From: Alphaproteobacteria bacterium
GTDB taxonomy: Bacteria > Pseudomonadota > Alphaproteobacteria > UBA7887
DNA length: 64,000 nt
Assembly: GCA_965216755.1 (NCBI GenBank)
Contig: CBDCGL010000011.1
Span: forward strand, 640,001 to 704,000
Direction of reading: 5' to 3'
Each line of letters begins with the position of its first letter. The first letter of the stretch is position 1. The translations under genes were made by a program, and so were the position numbers. A model generated the notes under the pieces. The model had not been told where the DNA came from and ran no database searches. It saw only the letters and a program-made list of their open reading frames with translations. Below are positions 20,822-29,983 of this stretch, in pieces.

Positions 20822-21015
20822 TAGCGCATTTTCCGACCATATTGATTAGTTCTGTGGGCGCCCGCCGGTCGCCGCCCCCCAGGGTCGGGGGCCGTTCCGC
20901 CGATCTCGGGATTGTGGTCTTTGACCGCACGCCCGATACGCCCTGCGGACTGCGACTTGATTATGGCTGAAATGCGCTTTGGCAAAGTGGTTTAATACGA
21001 TCGGAAGGTGCGCTA
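20822..21015. mobile_element. MITE-like palindromic element (~190 bp) flanked by TA
   Basis: Left TTTAGCGCATTTTCCGACCATATTGA vs right TTAATACGATCGGAAGGTGCGCTAAA (21/26 inverted match). TA at 20822-23 and 21014-15. Internal hairpins. Confidence 0.65.
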
Positions 21016-21016
21016 A

Positions 21017-22015
21017 ATGCCAATCGGTAATCACAAGCTCGAGTATGAAGTCCTCGAAGGATGGGAGCAGTTGCCCGAAGGCTGGTCTTTCGTCGAAGTG
21101 GCCGGGGTCGCGGTTGATTCGCAAGACCGCGTGTACGTATTCAACCGTGGTGCTCATCCAGTCATCGTCTTCGACAAGGATGGCGCATTTCTCAACGCGT
21201 GGGGTGAGGGCGTGTTCAGCAGCGCCCACGGGATTTTCATTGATCGCAACGATCACGTTTATTGCGCCGACAATTTCGACCATACGGTCCGCAAGTTCAC
21301 TGTCGATGGCAGCTTGCTTATGACCTTGGGTGAAGCCAACAAACCGTCGGATACCGGTTTTGAGATCGGCGCGAGCCCCGTACAGCGCGCGGCCGGACCG
21401 TTCAACATGGTCACCAATGTCGCGGTCGCGAAGAGCGGTGAAATGTTCATCTCTGACGGCTATGGCAACGCGCGTGTGCATCGATTTTCGGCCGATGGGC
21501 GGCTGATCGCGTCGTGGGGGGAGCCGGGGACCGGCCTGGGTCAATTCAATCTGCCGCACGCAATCGCGCTTGATAGCGCGGAGCGTGTCTATGTCGCTGA
21601 TCGCGAGAATTCGCGACTGCAAATCTTCTCCGGCAACGGCGATTTTTTGGCCTGTTGGGATTGGGTCAACCGCCCCGATGACATATTTATCGATGATCAG
21701 GACAATATCTATATCGCGGAACTGGGCTGGGTGGTGCCAGTGCCCGACCGACCTCATTTTCCGTTTATGAAACATCCGCCATGCGGGCATTCGCCGATAG
21801 CGCGCGTGACAATTTGCGACCCTGATGGAAACATCCAAGCGCAAGTTGGTGGCGAAGAGGCTTTGTTGCCGGGTAATTTCATTGTACCCCATGGCATTTG
21901 GGCGGATTCACGTGGCGACTTTTATGTTGGCGAAGTGGTCAAGGCGTCCGGCGCGATTGACCATTTCGCACCGTTGACGTGCCATGCTTTTCAGAAATTC
22001 ATCCGTGCCGGCTGA
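21017..22015 (+). CDS. NHL-repeat beta-propeller protein (peptidyl-alpha-hydroxyglycine alpha-amidating lyase-like)
   Basis: Repeats GVAVDSQDRVYV, SDGYGNARVHRF and FNLPHAIALDSAERVYVADRENSRLQIF; no signal peptide. Confidence 0.85.
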   Translation: MPIGNHKLEYEVLEGWEQLPEGWSFVEVAGVAVDSQDRVYVFNRGAHPVIVFDKDGAFLNAWGEGVFSSAHGIFIDRNDHVYCADNFDHTVRKFTVDGSLLMTLGEANKPSDTGFEIGASPVQRAAGPFNMVTNVAVAKSGEMFISDGYGNARVHRFSADGRLIASWGEPGTGLGQFNLPHAIALDSAERVYVADRENSRLQIFSGNGDFLACWDWVNRPDDIFIDDQDNIYIAELGWVVPVPDRPHFPFMKHPPCGHSPIARVTICDPDGNIQAQVGGEEALLPGNFIVPHGIWADSRGDFYVGEVVKASGAIDHFAPLTCHAFQKFIRAG

Positions 22016-22045
22016 CGCTGTCATGGTTCTTATGGGAGACGGACC

Positions 22046-23350
22046 ATGTCACCAGGTTGCGAAGAGCAAAAACACACAGCGGTCATTGTCAATCCCGGGC
22101 ATTTTCACGCGGCATTGACTCTGCGCCGTCGCCACACGCGACTGAATGACGATGTCTACGTGTTCGCCGAAGACGGACCCGAGCTTGAGAAATTTACGAC
22201 GATTGTCGACTCGTTCAACAACCGGCCAAATGATCCGACACAGTGGTCACTTCACATGTATCGCGGTGACGACTACCTCGATGCGCTCTTGGCGCGCAAA
22301 CCCGGCGATCTCGCCATTGTCGCCGGCAAAAATGACACCAAAATGGCCACTATCCATAGGTTGCATCAGGCCGGATTTCACGTGCTGGGCGACAAGCCGT
22401 GGCTGATAAACCCCGAAATGCTGCCGCTGCTGGACGATGTTCTCGCGGCGCCGCCGCTTGCCGGCGATATTATGACGGAACGCAATGAGGTCGGCACGCG
22501 CCTGCAAAAGGCGCTGATTTCCAGTCGCGATTTCTTTGGGGAATTTGCCGGCGATGGGGAGCGGCCGGCCATAGAGATGAAGAGCGTCCACCACTTGTAC
22601 AAGACCGTTAATGGCGTTCCCCTGCAGCGGCCACCTTGGTATTTCGATAGTGCCGTGCAAGGCGAAGGCATGTTTGACGTTACGACGCATCTTGTCGATT
22701 TGGCGTTTGGATTGACAAATGCTGGCGGGGTGGCGGCCGACGAACAGATTGTGCTGCACGCGGCGCGGCAATGGTCTGTTTCTGTTTCACCAGAATTGTT
22801 TGCCAAAGCAACTGGCCACACCGACTTTCCACCGGCGCTGGGCCAGAAATGTGACAATGGCGCCCTACACTACCCGTGCAATGCTTACCTAGGCTATGCA
22901 TTGGGCGGCGTTTCAATTGACCTCGAAGCCACTTGGGATTTGATCGAGCCGGAGGGCGGTGGAGACATACATGACGTAATTGCACGCGGCACGAGAGCCA
23001 ATGTATCGGTCGTGTTCGGTCCAGAAACTGGATTTGCGACGGCGGTCTTCGTGGACGACCACGCGTCCTCACCTCGGTTCGAGGCCAACCTCGAAGCGTT
23101 GGTTGCCGAACTCCAAACAACGTTTGCCGGATTGGCCTATGAACGTGTTGATCCAGGCCATCGGCGTTGGCGGTTCATTATTCCCGATGCGCTTCGCACC
23201 ACGCATGAGCAGCATTTTGCCATGGTTTTGGATCGATTCTTGTCGGCGGCTGATAGAAATCTATCGGGCAGGGCTACCGATCCCACGCTCTCAAGAAAAT
23301 ATCGATTGTTGGCTGAAGCGGCGATCATGGCAGCTCGGTCGCACGCCTAG
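22046..23350 (+). CDS. Putative Gfo/Idh/MocA-related oxidoreductase (Oxidoreduct_C type)
   Basis: PGHFHAAL, HVLGDKP, DIMTER, SVHHLYK and QGEGMFDVTTHLVDL motifs. Confidence 0.75.
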   Translation: MSPGCEEQKHTAVIVNPGHFHAALTLRRRHTRLNDDVYVFAEDGPELEKFTTIVDSFNNRPNDPTQWSLHMYRGDDYLDALLARKPGDLAIVAGKNDTKMATIHRLHQAGFHVLGDKPWLINPEMLPLLDDVLAAPPLAGDIMTERNEVGTRLQKALISSRDFFGEFAGDGERPAIEMKSVHHLYKTVNGVPLQRPPWYFDSAVQGEGMFDVTTHLVDLAFGLTNAGGVAADEQIVLHAARQWSVSVSPELFAKATGHTDFPPALGQKCDNGALHYPCNAYLGYALGGVSIDLEATWDLIEPEGGGDIHDVIARGTRANVSVVFGPETGFATAVFVDDHASSPRFEANLEALVAELQTTFAGLAYERVDPGHRRWRFIIPDALRTTHEQHFAMVLDRFLSAADRNLSGRATDPTLSRKYRLLAEAAIMAARSHA

Positions 23351-23634
23351 ACTATCTTTTTTTGTTTGGGCCGATCGGCGCGGTGTGCGCGTTACCGCCG
23401 ACGCGATGTGGAAAGTGCGATTCCGGGATTATCGCTACCAATTGCGACATTCATCGCAGCATCGTTTGCGGGGCAATGGTACGGTTCCTGAGCAACGTTT
23501 GCGAACGATGTATAGGTACTATTGGCGCTAGCAAATATTGCCATTTAATGCGCGGTAAACATCGGCCTAGGCGCGATTTTTGATTTCATCTGTTGCGACG
23601 ACAGGCTAAATTCCGCCGAGGGGCCCGTAGCACA

Positions 23635-23832
23635 ATGAAAACCGACACTGCCACGACTATACCATGGCGGAAAGGCAGCTTACGGCTGGACGATACCGCC
23701 GGTTCACACGATCAAGTCGGCGGCAAACAGCTGTCGCCGCGGCGTAAGCTCCTAATTTTGTTGATGTTTGGTGCGGTGAGTTGGGTGCTGGTCTTGGTCG
23801 CGTTTTCGTGGGTGATAAGTGTGCTTTTCTAG
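23635..23832 (+). CDS. Small single-TM hypothetical protein
   Basis: 65 aa; basic SPRRK followed by a long hydrophobic C-terminal helix; lies upstream of the priming GT. Confidence 0.5.
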   Translation: MKTDTATTIPWRKGSLRLDDTAGSHDQVGGKQLSPRRKLLILLMFGAVSWVLVLVAFSWVISVLF

Positions 23833-23962
23833 TCGCAGTCATGTGGCGAAGAACGCAATTTTAGCAAAAAATTACGCGTATCGTTTCCAATTTTCCCATA
23901 CACCGTGGTAGTTTTTACGTCACGCATATTGGACGCGGCACGGCGAGGCGATAGGACGCGGA

Positions 23963-25498
23963 ATGGCTGGACTGGAAAGACTGGCGCATGAGAGGTCTGT
24001 GGATCTTGGCATGGCGTCGGGCGGGAGCGTTTCCGGCCCAGGCCTGCGTTTGGCGTCGGATGGATCGGCGGCAACGGTCGTTGGCCGTAGGCGCCGGTTT
24101 CGGGAGCGTTATTGGGGCGGTGCCGTGATGCTGTTGGCGGATGTTGCGGCGATGCAACTGGCGCTACAGCTGGGTATACAGACACGTTTGGCATTGACCT
24201 GGATGTGGCCGGTGGAGCTTGGCTGGAGCACGGTATCAGGGATGCATGTGGCGGTGGTGGCGGTTCCAGTGATCCTGTGGATGATGGGATTGACACCGGG
24301 CTATGGCGTGGGGCCCGTGGAGCGTATTCGCCGGCGTTTTTATGTGACGTTGTTTGTGTTTTCCTGTTTTTTCGCGTGGGACTATTTTCTGCAAGGGAAC
24401 AGTTGGTCGCGTGGTGTCTTGATCGCGACGTTGGTGATTGCGGCGATATTGCTACCGGTAATGGAAGCGGCTGTGCGTCACATATTGATCCGTCTTGGCG
24501 CATGGGGTGTGCCGGTGCTGTTGATTGTGAACGAGCGGTCACGTCCAGAGCTGTTGGAGAAGATCAGCGGCAATCCGACGGTGGGATTGGTGCCTGTGGG
24601 ATTGATGGTGGAAGACGGTGCGGCGGTTCCGGTGGGATTTGACGCACTGCCGGTTGTTGGCACGACGGCGACGGCGGATGAATTGCGTTGGAAAGTGCGT
24701 TCAGCGATTTTGGATTTGCCGGATCGGACGCCGGAACGGTTGGCGAGTCTGATATCGCGTTTGCCGTTTGAAAAGGTATTTATGGTGCCGGCGTTGCATG
24801 GTTTGCAAAGTCTGTGCATTACGACGCGGGATTTGGGGGGATTGTTGGCGTTACAGGTCGACAACAATCTGCGCCAGCGTCACAATTTGATCATGAAGAC
24901 GGTTCTTGACTATACGTTAGGGATAATAGCGTTTTTGTTTAGTTTACCATTGATGTTGTTGTGTGTTTTGGCCATCCGTTGCGTTGAATCGGGATCGCCT
25001 TTTTATGGTCAGATGCGGGAAGGGTTAAACGGCAAGCCGTTTCGCATGTGGAAGCTGCGGACGATGTATCGGGATGCGGATGCGCGCTTGGAACAGCATT
25101 TACAGCAGAGCCCGGCGGCGCGCGCGGAATGGAACCGATATATGAAGCTGCGCGACGATCCGCGTGTATTGCCAATTGTCGGCGACTTGTTGCGCAAAAC
25201 GAGTTTGGATGAATTGCCGCAATTGTGGAATGTGCTGCGTGGCGAGATGAGCCTGGTCGGTCCGCGCCCGTTTCCGGATTATCACTTGCGGCGATTTGAT
25301 GCGACGTTTCGGGAGTTTCGATGCCAGGTCAAACCGGGTCTGACGGGCCTGTGGCAAGTGAGCGCGCGCAGCGACGGCGATTTGACAGTGCAACAAGATT
25401 TGGACACCTATTTCATTCGCAACTGGTCGGTGTGGTTGGATCTGTACCTGCTGTTTCGCACTGTTACAGCCGTGTCCAGCCGCCGCGGCGCCCGGTAA
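23963..25498 (+). CDS. Undecaprenyl-phosphate hexose-1-phosphate transferase (WbaP/WcaJ type)
   Basis: 4 TMs + 1 TM; KLRTM, DPRV, LRKTSLDELPQLWNVLRGEMSLVGPRP and KPGLTGLWQV motifs. Confidence 0.93.
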   Translation: MAGLERLAHERSVDLGMASGGSVSGPGLRLASDGSAATVVGRRRRFRERYWGGAVMLLADVAAMQLALQLGIQTRLALTWMWPVELGWSTVSGMHVAVVAVPVILWMMGLTPGYGVGPVERIRRRFYVTLFVFSCFFAWDYFLQGNSWSRGVLIATLVIAAILLPVMEAAVRHILIRLGAWGVPVLLIVNERSRPELLEKISGNPTVGLVPVGLMVEDGAAVPVGFDALPVVGTTATADELRWKVRSAILDLPDRTPERLASLISRLPFEKVFMVPALHGLQSLCITTRDLGGLLALQVDNNLRQRHNLIMKTVLDYTLGIIAFLFSLPLMLLCVLAIRCVESGSPFYGQMREGLNGKPFRMWKLRTMYRDADARLEQHLQQSPAARAEWNRYMKLRDDPRVLPIVGDLLRKTSLDELPQLWNVLRGEMSLVGPRPFPDYHLRRFDATFREFRCQVKPGLTGLWQVSARSDGDLTVQQDLDTYFIRNWSVWLDLYLLFRTVTAVSSRRGAR

Positions 25499-25769
25499 CA
25501 ATTCGCGGCCTTCCATACAATTCCCCGCGCGGCGGTTCCATTAGACGAACCATTTTTTGTATGCTTTTAAAACACCCTAGGATTTGCGACATCATGCGCG
25601 GGCGGAAAGCGCTCTAGGTTGCGACGCAGCGTGATTTGTCCGATCAGCTGGACATCGACATGCAAACCTCACGCGAAGACACGTGCAGCCGAGATCGGCG
25701 CCCGCCTTCGCTGTCGCTGGCGCGCGTGCCGCGTTAGTCGACGAATGTCTTGTGCTGGCGCAAGCGGAT

Positions 25770-26732
25770 CTAAGGCAGTAGACGCTTTACGCGAATGGCG
25801 CGTCCGGCAAGGATCCGGTAGATGTTGCGCAACGAGTCGGGCATGGCTAACAAAAATAGACCGCGCGCCGTCAATGAGTCAGACCGCCAAAGATCCCGGA
25901 CGATCGCGGCGCACGTGGTCAGGCGTCCTTTGTGCAAAGCTTGCTGAAATCCGTGCCGCTTGGTCCACGTGACAATTCCGCGACGGAACGCATCATAGGT
26001 AGCTTGGCCGCTTTCTCGAACGATCGTACTGGACCATTTTTCGCTAAACAGTTCAAATGACGCCAAGCGTTCCTCGGCCGACGTTGTCAGGCGCGCCAGG
26101 TCTTGGTTGCGATTGATGACCACAAGGCGGTCCGGCATTTCCATAAGAGCGCAGTGTTCGGACAACCGAAGCCAGAAATCGAGATCCTCGAAATTGGCAA
26201 AACGTTCATCGAATAGGATGTCGAATTTTTCGATGTAGCAACGCTTGATCAAAGCTGCCGGCATGGTCGGGGTCCATCCCGAAAGTAGGCGCTGCCGCAC
26301 ATCGGCTTGATCGATTTGCTTTTCGCGGGGGACAAACAAACAGGGCCAGGGGTCATGACGTAGGTAGGCGTGGCAATACACAGCCCCAACATCGGCCGCC
26401 GCGTCACGTATGCGGTCAAATTGGGATTCGAGCTTCCCCGGAAGATATTCATCGTCAGAGTCAAGAAACGCGATATATGGCGCGGTCGCGAGCGCAATAC
26501 CAACGTTCCGAGCCTTGGCCGGTCCGCAATTTGTGGCCAATCGATGATAAATGAATTGTGGCTGCGGGTAAGACTTTACGATATCGGCCGTGTCGTCGTC
26601 CGACCCATCGTCAACGACGATGGTTTGAAAATCCTGAAATGTTTGTCCGACCAAGCTACTGAGCGCGCGATTTAGAATACGCGCGCGATTGTAAGTTGGA
26701 ATAATAACGTCGATGCTCGGGCTAGGTGACAT
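25770..26732 (-). CDS. Glycosyltransferase family 2
   Basis: VIIPTYNR, VVDDGS, ARNVG, FLDSDD and EDLDF motifs. Confidence 0.92.
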   Translation of the reverse strand: MSPSPSIDVIIPTYNRARILNRALSSLVGQTFQDFQTIVVDDGSDDDTADIVKSYPQPQFIYHRLATNCGPAKARNVGIALATAPYIAFLDSDDEYLPGKLESQFDRIRDAAADVGAVYCHAYLRHDPWPCLFVPREKQIDQADVRQRLLSGWTPTMPAALIKRCYIEKFDILFDERFANFEDLDFWLRLSEHCALMEMPDRLVVINRNQDLARLTTSAEERLASFELFSEKWSSTIVRESGQATYDAFRRGIVTWTKRHGFQQALHKGRLTTCAAIVRDLWRSDSLTARGLFLLAMPDSLRNIYRILAGRAIRVKRLLP

Positions 26733-26749
26733 CGCGGAACATGTGGCGT

Positions 26750-26856
26750 CTAATTCGATCTTCGTTCAAACGGATTCGTTCGAACGAAGCCAAATTGATC
26801 GGTATCCAACAGATAGAACATATCACACGAACGCATGTGAGCATGACATGCTCTAG
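26750..26856. repeat. Two-lobed palindromic intergenic element (CIR/BRU-RS-like)
   Basis: Lobe 1: CTTCGTTC..GATTC..GAACGAAG. Lobe 2: TAGAACATATCA..TGACATGCTCTA (10/12). 107 bp with CTA(G) ends. Confidence 0.6.
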
Positions 26857-28697
26857 CTGTGCTGGGCGGAACTGGGTGCGAAATTATCTGTTTCGTCAAC
26901 GAGATCTAGTCCCTCGCCGTCTTGGAATTGAAGTCGATAGAGGCGCCCAAAATGACCATTCTGTTGCTTGAGTGAGCTAATGCTACCCTGTTCGACGATT
27001 TTGCCACGGTCGAGCACGACTATGTTGTCGGCACGTTCTATCGTAGACAATCTGTGGGCAACGACGACCACTGTTCGGTCGCGGCTCAATTCTTCCAAGG
27101 CCGATTGAATGAGATGTTCCGACACTGCGTCTAGCGCATTTGTCGCTTCATCCAAAATCAAAAAATCCGGATCCCGAATGAATGCTCGCGCAATGGTCAG
27201 GCGTTGTTTTTGACCACCGGAAAGGCGCACGCCGCGGTCGCCGACTTCGGTGTCGTAACCATTGTTGAATTGGACGATGAATTCATGCGCACGCGCCAAC
27301 TTGGCGGCTTCAATGATTTCTTCCTCCGTCGCGCCGGGCCGCCCGTAAGCAATATTGTCGCGAATGCTGGCGTTGAAACAATATGGCGTTTGTTCGACGA
27401 TGGCGATGCGCTGGCGCCAGGCCTTTAAGTCGAGATCCTCTAGAGGTGTGCCGTCGACCAGAATTTGGCCACTCGTCGGATCGTAAAAGCGGAGCAACAG
27501 CTTAATGACCGTGCTCTTGCCGGCACCGGAAGCACCCACCAAGGCGGTTGTCTTGCCGCGCGGGAAGGCCACGGAAATATCGTCCAAAGCCGGCGCATGT
27601 TCATTGCCGTATTTAAAGGCAACATCACGGAATTCGATCTGGCTGCGCAGGCCGTCGAACGGCACACTGCCGGAATGAACATAGGGCTTGTTGGTGCGTT
27701 CCAACAAGTAGGACGACTCCCGGACAGCCGCGACCTCGGTCGACAGCCGCACGCGCGCCATTTCGGCCGCCTTAATGTTGGGGGCGAGGCGCAGCATGAT
27801 GAAGATGAATACGATCAGTTCGGGTATTGCGTTGCCGAAATGCCCACTGCTGAGAAGGATGATCACCATGAGCAACGAGGCGAAAATCTCATAGATGGGG
27901 CTCACCATCTCGATAAAGATCGTCTTCTTAAACGTGAAATTGCGGTGATCTTTGGAATTGCGTTCGAATCTTTCGCGTTCATAGTCTTCCCGGCCGAACG
28001 CGCGTATGACGTTGATTCCTTCAACGCCTTCGATCATCCGCTTCGACAGCGCTTTGTTCGCCTCAGTAATCCAATGTCCGAAGGCTGAAGACCGATGGGC
28101 AAGCCACAACACAATGCCACCGACAGCGGCCGCCAAAAGGAAGAAAACAAGTGCCAGTTGCCAAGAAACGACGAACAACAGCGCGATATAGACGATGACC
28201 GTGCACAATGACGAAACCATCACCAAGAACACGATAATGGCATCGCTGGTGCGAACGGTTTCGGTGATCAGGGCATTCAAAATCCGACCGACGTCCGATT
28301 TCTCAAGAAAGCGGTGACTCACCGTCATAACTTGGTCGAAAATCCCAGAACGTAGACGGTGGCTAATATGAGATTGAAGCCATCCGGTCAGGACGCGGTT
28401 GGCATAGGCGAGTATCGACTGCATGAAAATGGCAGAAAGAATGGTCAATGAAATAAATGTAATGCGTGTTTCGCGCGAATAGTCCGCGAACAGGCCATTC
28501 ATCGCCGTGAGCCACCAATTGGTGGTGTCCGTCATCTCGGGCGTGTTCATCAAACTATGTAGGAAGGGGATGAACAGGCTGAGGCTCAAGCCGCCGGCGA
28601 GAGATGACAGGATACCGATAAGAATGACCGTGGGCATGGCCCATGGGTAGATGTTTATCAGTGGCAGGATCGCCCTGACTGTTTGAAGCGCGCGCAT
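26853..28697 (-). CDS. ABC transporter ATP-binding/permease (HepA/PglK/MsbA-like glycolipid flippase)
   Basis: N-terminal TMD; Walker A GASGAGKS, LSGGQ, ILDEAT, AHRLST. Start set at MRALQ. Confidence 0.9.
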   Translation of the reverse strand: MRALQTVRAILPLINIYPWAMPTVILIGILSSLAGGLSLSLFIPFLHSLMNTPEMTDTTNWWLTAMNGLFADYSRETRITFISLTILSAIFMQSILAYANRVLTGWLQSHISHRLRSGIFDQVMTVSHRFLEKSDVGRILNALITETVRTSDAIIVFLVMVSSLCTVIVYIALLFVVSWQLALVFFLLAAAVGGIVLWLAHRSSAFGHWITEANKALSKRMIEGVEGINVIRAFGREDYERERFERNSKDHRNFTFKKTIFIEMVSPIYEIFASLLMVIILLSSGHFGNAIPELIVFIFIMLRLAPNIKAAEMARVRLSTEVAAVRESSYLLERTNKPYVHSGSVPFDGLRSQIEFRDVAFKYGNEHAPALDDISVAFPRGKTTALVGASGAGKSTVIKLLLRFYDPTSGQILVDGTPLEDLDLKAWRQRIAIVEQTPYCFNASIRDNIAYGRPGATEEEIIEAAKLARAHEFIVQFNNGYDTEVGDRGVRLSGGQKQRLTIARAFIRDPDFLILDEATNALDAVSEHLIQSALEELSRDRTVVVVAHRLSTIERADNIVVLDRGKIVEQGSISSLKQQNGHFGRLYRLQFQDGEGLDLVDETDNFAPSSAQHS

Positions 28698-28836
28698 GGG
28701 GTTATTCAGGTCCCCGAGGTTTGACAAGCACGGCGGCGATGCACCCGTACGTCGGCGCACCGATCATCATTTCCACGTCATTTTGCGATGATTCCGGCAT
28801 GTAACGATCAGTTCCAAAAATGCCACGGTGCGGCTC

Positions 28837-29790
28837 TCACGAGAGCGTTTCCTCAAAATACGCGATGGTCTTCTTCAAGCCTTCTTCAAGCGGGATTTTT
28901 GGTTGCCAACCCAGTTGCGTCGTGGCCGTGGCGATATTCGGCTGTCGCTGCTTGGGATCATCATCCGGCAGGGGGTGACAGACCAATTCAGATTTGGATC
29001 CCGTGATCTCAATGATCAAGCGGGCCAGATCGCCGATGCTGATCTCAGTCGGATTTCCCAAATTGACGGGCCCGGTCACATCATCCGATGCGTCCATCAG
29101 ACCGATCAGCCCTTCGATCATGTCGTCGACATAGCAGAATGAGCGCGTTTGCCCGCCGCTGCCATAGATCGTAATCGGCTCGCCGTGCAATGCTTGTCGA
29201 ATGAAATTGGACACCACGCGACCATCATTTGGGTGCATGCGCGGGCCATATGTATTGAAGATACGGGCGACCCTGATATTAAGGTTGTGCTGTCGATAAT
29301 AATCGAAAAATAGCGTCTCGGCACATCGTTTGCCCTCATCATAGCACGCGCGGGGGCCTATGGGATTTACGTTGCCCCAATAGTCTTCCTGTTGAGGATG
29401 TACATGTGGGTCGCCGTAAACTTCACTTGTTGATGCCTGCAATATTTTCGCGCGTAGGCGCTTGGCAAGACCAAGCATATTGATCGCGCCATGGACACTG
29501 GTCTTAGTCGTTTGAACTGGATCAACTTGGTAATATACCGGCGATGCGGGGCAAGCCAGGTTAAATATTTCATCAACTTCGACATATAGAGGGAATGTAA
29601 CGTCGTGTCTAATTGCTTCAAAAAACGGATTGGACAGAAGACTTAGGATGTTCTCTTTGGATCCGGTAAAGTAATTATCTACGCAAATGACTTGATCGCC
29701 ACGCGCTATGAGCCGCTCACAAAGGTGCGAACCCAAGAATCCGGCGCCGCCTGTGACCAGAACTGATTTCCTCAATCTACGTCTCCCCAA
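28837..29790 (-). CDS. uxs: UDP-glucuronate decarboxylase (UDP-xylose synthase)
   Basis: [31 protein letters not shown] and GRVVSNF motifs. Confidence 0.92.
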   Translation of the reverse strand: MGRRRLRKSVLVTGGAGFLGSHLCERLIARGDQVICVDNYFTGSKENILSLLSNPFFEAIRHDVTFPLYVEVDEIFNLACPASPVYYQVDPVQTTKTSVHGAINMLGLAKRLRAKILQASTSEVYGDPHVHPQQEDYWGNVNPIGPRACYDEGKRCAETLFFDYYRQHNLNIRVARIFNTYGPRMHPNDGRVVSNFIRQALHGEPITIYGSGGQTRSFCYVDDMIEGLIGLMDASDDVTGPVNLGNPTEISIGDLARLIIEITGSKSELVCHPLPDDDPKQRQPNIATATTQLGWQPKIPLEEGLKKTIAYFEETLS

Positions 29791-29983
29791 TCACGCATGA
29801 TGGGCGTTTCGTTCTCGGCGCCAATCTAACGATCGGTCCGTCGGGCGGCGTTCTGCCAGGTGTTGCGTGTCGGGACCGTACCGCGGGCCGGGACGCCCCA
29901 GTATTGGCTTTGGGGCCTACCGCACGCTCTTCTGCGTCGGTTGTCCCCTATGAGTGGGTATCGCGCCGGAAGCGGCGCCCAAG

